The notes below the pieces were generated by a model. That model was not told the DNA's origin, searched no databases, and was given only the letters and a program-made list of their open reading frames with translations. A stretch of DNA of 63,110 nt, filler included, from Cercozoa sp. M6MM (taxonomy: Eukaryota > Protista > Endomyxa: Ascetosporea): the NCBI GenBank assembly GCA_040357565.1. It is 9 parts of 9 records of this genome, joined end to end, with 100 filler letters (N's around TTAATTAATTAA, not from the genome) between each part and the next. Parts side by side here need not be neighbours in the genome. Positions count along the whole stretch, not along the records: positions 61,618 to 63,110 come from JBDODJ010002013.1; 8 more parts are not named here. One strand, 5' to 3'. Below are positions 61,618 through 63,110 of this stretch, one piece after another (positions within the stretch are counted from its first letter, which is position 1; each line of letters starts with the position of its first letter). The translations under genes and the position numbers were made by a program.

Positions 61618-62801
61618 AGTATTACGAGCCAACGTCGATAACATGCGCTTGGATGGAGGCGTCGTGCGAACAAGCGTGTTGGTGAGACTGCTGAGGTACG
61701 GGACACTGCTCGAAAAGTCGGCGACCCAGGATGCGAGTAAGATCGACGTCGCACCTTGTGCATGCGAACACTTGTGCTGTCCTGCAGTTAGACCCCTCTA
61801 CTTAGTTTACCCCCCATAGTCACCCCCTTAAAGAGAGTGTGTAGTACGAGTTGATCTGTCGCACAGCTTGGAGTGCCGACTGCATTTTCTCGGTCGAAAC
61901 GAGGTCGTTTTTGTTGAGCAGCACGGCGTCCGCGAAGGCTGTAGAGCGCAGTTTTAACCCCCCTGTTACCCCCTGTTTACCTCTACCCCTTTACCCCCCT
62001 GTTTGCCCCCTCTCCCCAGGTGGGTAGTACCGACCTGGCGAGCCACACAGACAGCCTCTTGTTGCGAAAGGTGTCGTTCGAAATTGACACTGTCGACAAC
62101 GGCGACACAGACGTCCAGGCGGATGCGATTATGCAAGGGCGAGTCACTCCAGAACATGGACACGACCGTGCCTGGGTCGGCCGCGCCGCTGCACTCCAGC
62201 ACGATGCCATGGAACCGCTGCTTCTTGCCTGGGGGTAGTGTAAAGGGGTAGGTAGAGGGGGGTAAAGGGATTAAAAAAACGTAAGGAAGGTAGAGAAGTA
62301 AAAGGGGGGGTTAAAAGGAGGGTAAAAGGGGGTAAAGGGGGGGGGGGGTAAATACACAGCTGCTCCAGCGCCTCGACGAAGTTGTCGCGCACGCTGCAGC
62401 AGACGCACCCATTGGCCAGTTCGAGGTAGTCGTCGAACACCTCGCCATCCACGCGGACACGCGATTGCTCCAGCGTTTCGCGTGTCTCGCCGTGACTCGG
62501 CTCACTCGGACCCGTCCGCGCGGACTCGGCTTCCGCGCGGAACTGCCGTGGCACCTTGTCCAAATCGGCCAGCTCGTTCTGCACGATCGCCAGTCGCTCG
62601 CCGCGCTGCGCGTACGCCGACACTAGACGCTCCAGCAGCGTCGTCTTTCCTGAGGAAGAAATGGGAGGGGTAAGGGGGGGGGGGGGTAAAGTCGCCAGCA
62701 ATATAGACCACGCTGGGCACACAAATGCGCGCACGCAAATTAGTCACTACGAGAGTACCCGCGCCCAGAAAGCCTGTCAAAATGGTTAGTGGAACACTCA
62801 T
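61618..62801 (-). CDS. COG0523/CobW-family GTPase metallochaperone (CBWD/ZNG1-like), 3' end off the contig
   Basis: PLTILTGFLGAGKTTLL, AIVQNE, ELANGCVCCSVRD, VLECSGAADP, VVD and AFADAVLLNKNDL. Confidence 0.93.
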
Positions 62802-63110
62802 GACGCACTCGCACACGCTAAACTCTCTAACTACTGCCACGAGCGTCTTTTTTAAAGATAGGTTTTTTGAAAGCTCAGCTGTCGAATTCCATCTGTAAAT
62901 TTAAACTTACCGTCCCAGTTTTTGAACTACACACGAACAGCTGAGATTAACTTAGATTCGCTGCTGCGCGCAGAACACGGTCTCGCCGAGGTCGAACGGG
63001 CGGAACAAGAGCGCCTCGCGAGTCGCCGCCGCCAGTGCGTGCGACTGCGATGGCATTTGGGCCCTATGAAGGCAGAGGATCGCCCTATGAAAGCAGAGAG
63101 AGGGGGGGGG

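Noticed and set aside
52319-62801. Zinc-homeostasis cluster (ZnT plus CobW/ZNG1)
   Set aside because: The genes are on different contigs separated by several spacers.
63061-63098. GCCCTATGAA(G/A)GCAGAG direct repeat
   Set aside because: Only two copies at the window edge; there is not enough context to interpret it.

Overview
Eukaryotic (protist-like) genomic DNA, not prokaryotic. The window is nine unrelated contigs joined by N-padded TTAATTAATTAA spacers, so adjacency across spacers is meaningless. Most of the supplied ORF track is noise from short GT-AG introns and microsatellites. Splicing by eye recovers ARPC2, proteasome beta5, a DDX24/Mak5 helicase, a syntaxin, cytochrome c peroxidase, CCDC86/Cgr1, C2CD5, the axonemal dynein chain DNAI3/WDR63, an XTBD-like protein, RPS20, Cbp3/UQCC1, a GBF1-type ArfGEF, a ZnT1-type CDF transporter, a P4-ATPase fragment and a CobW/ZNG1 GTPase. 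Together these suggest a flagellated, mitochondriate cell with Arp2/3; I cannot assign the taxon. The clearest unannotated system is an RNase H-bearing non-LTR retrotransposon family. One 1.1-kb copy with a 16-bp TSD is accompanied by four short copies of its structured 3' tail on three contigs. The short copies lie about 115-260 bp downstream of host stop codons in sense orientation, and both intact TSDs begin with CTAC. Other points of interest: GTAC-biased donors lacking +5G, very uneven intron density, dispersed TTTACCCCC/GGGGGTAAA intronic repeats, an XTBD domain fused to a Q/Y/P/G-rich tail, a MITE, and a candidate structured ncRNA. All protein identifications are from recalled motifs, not database searches.
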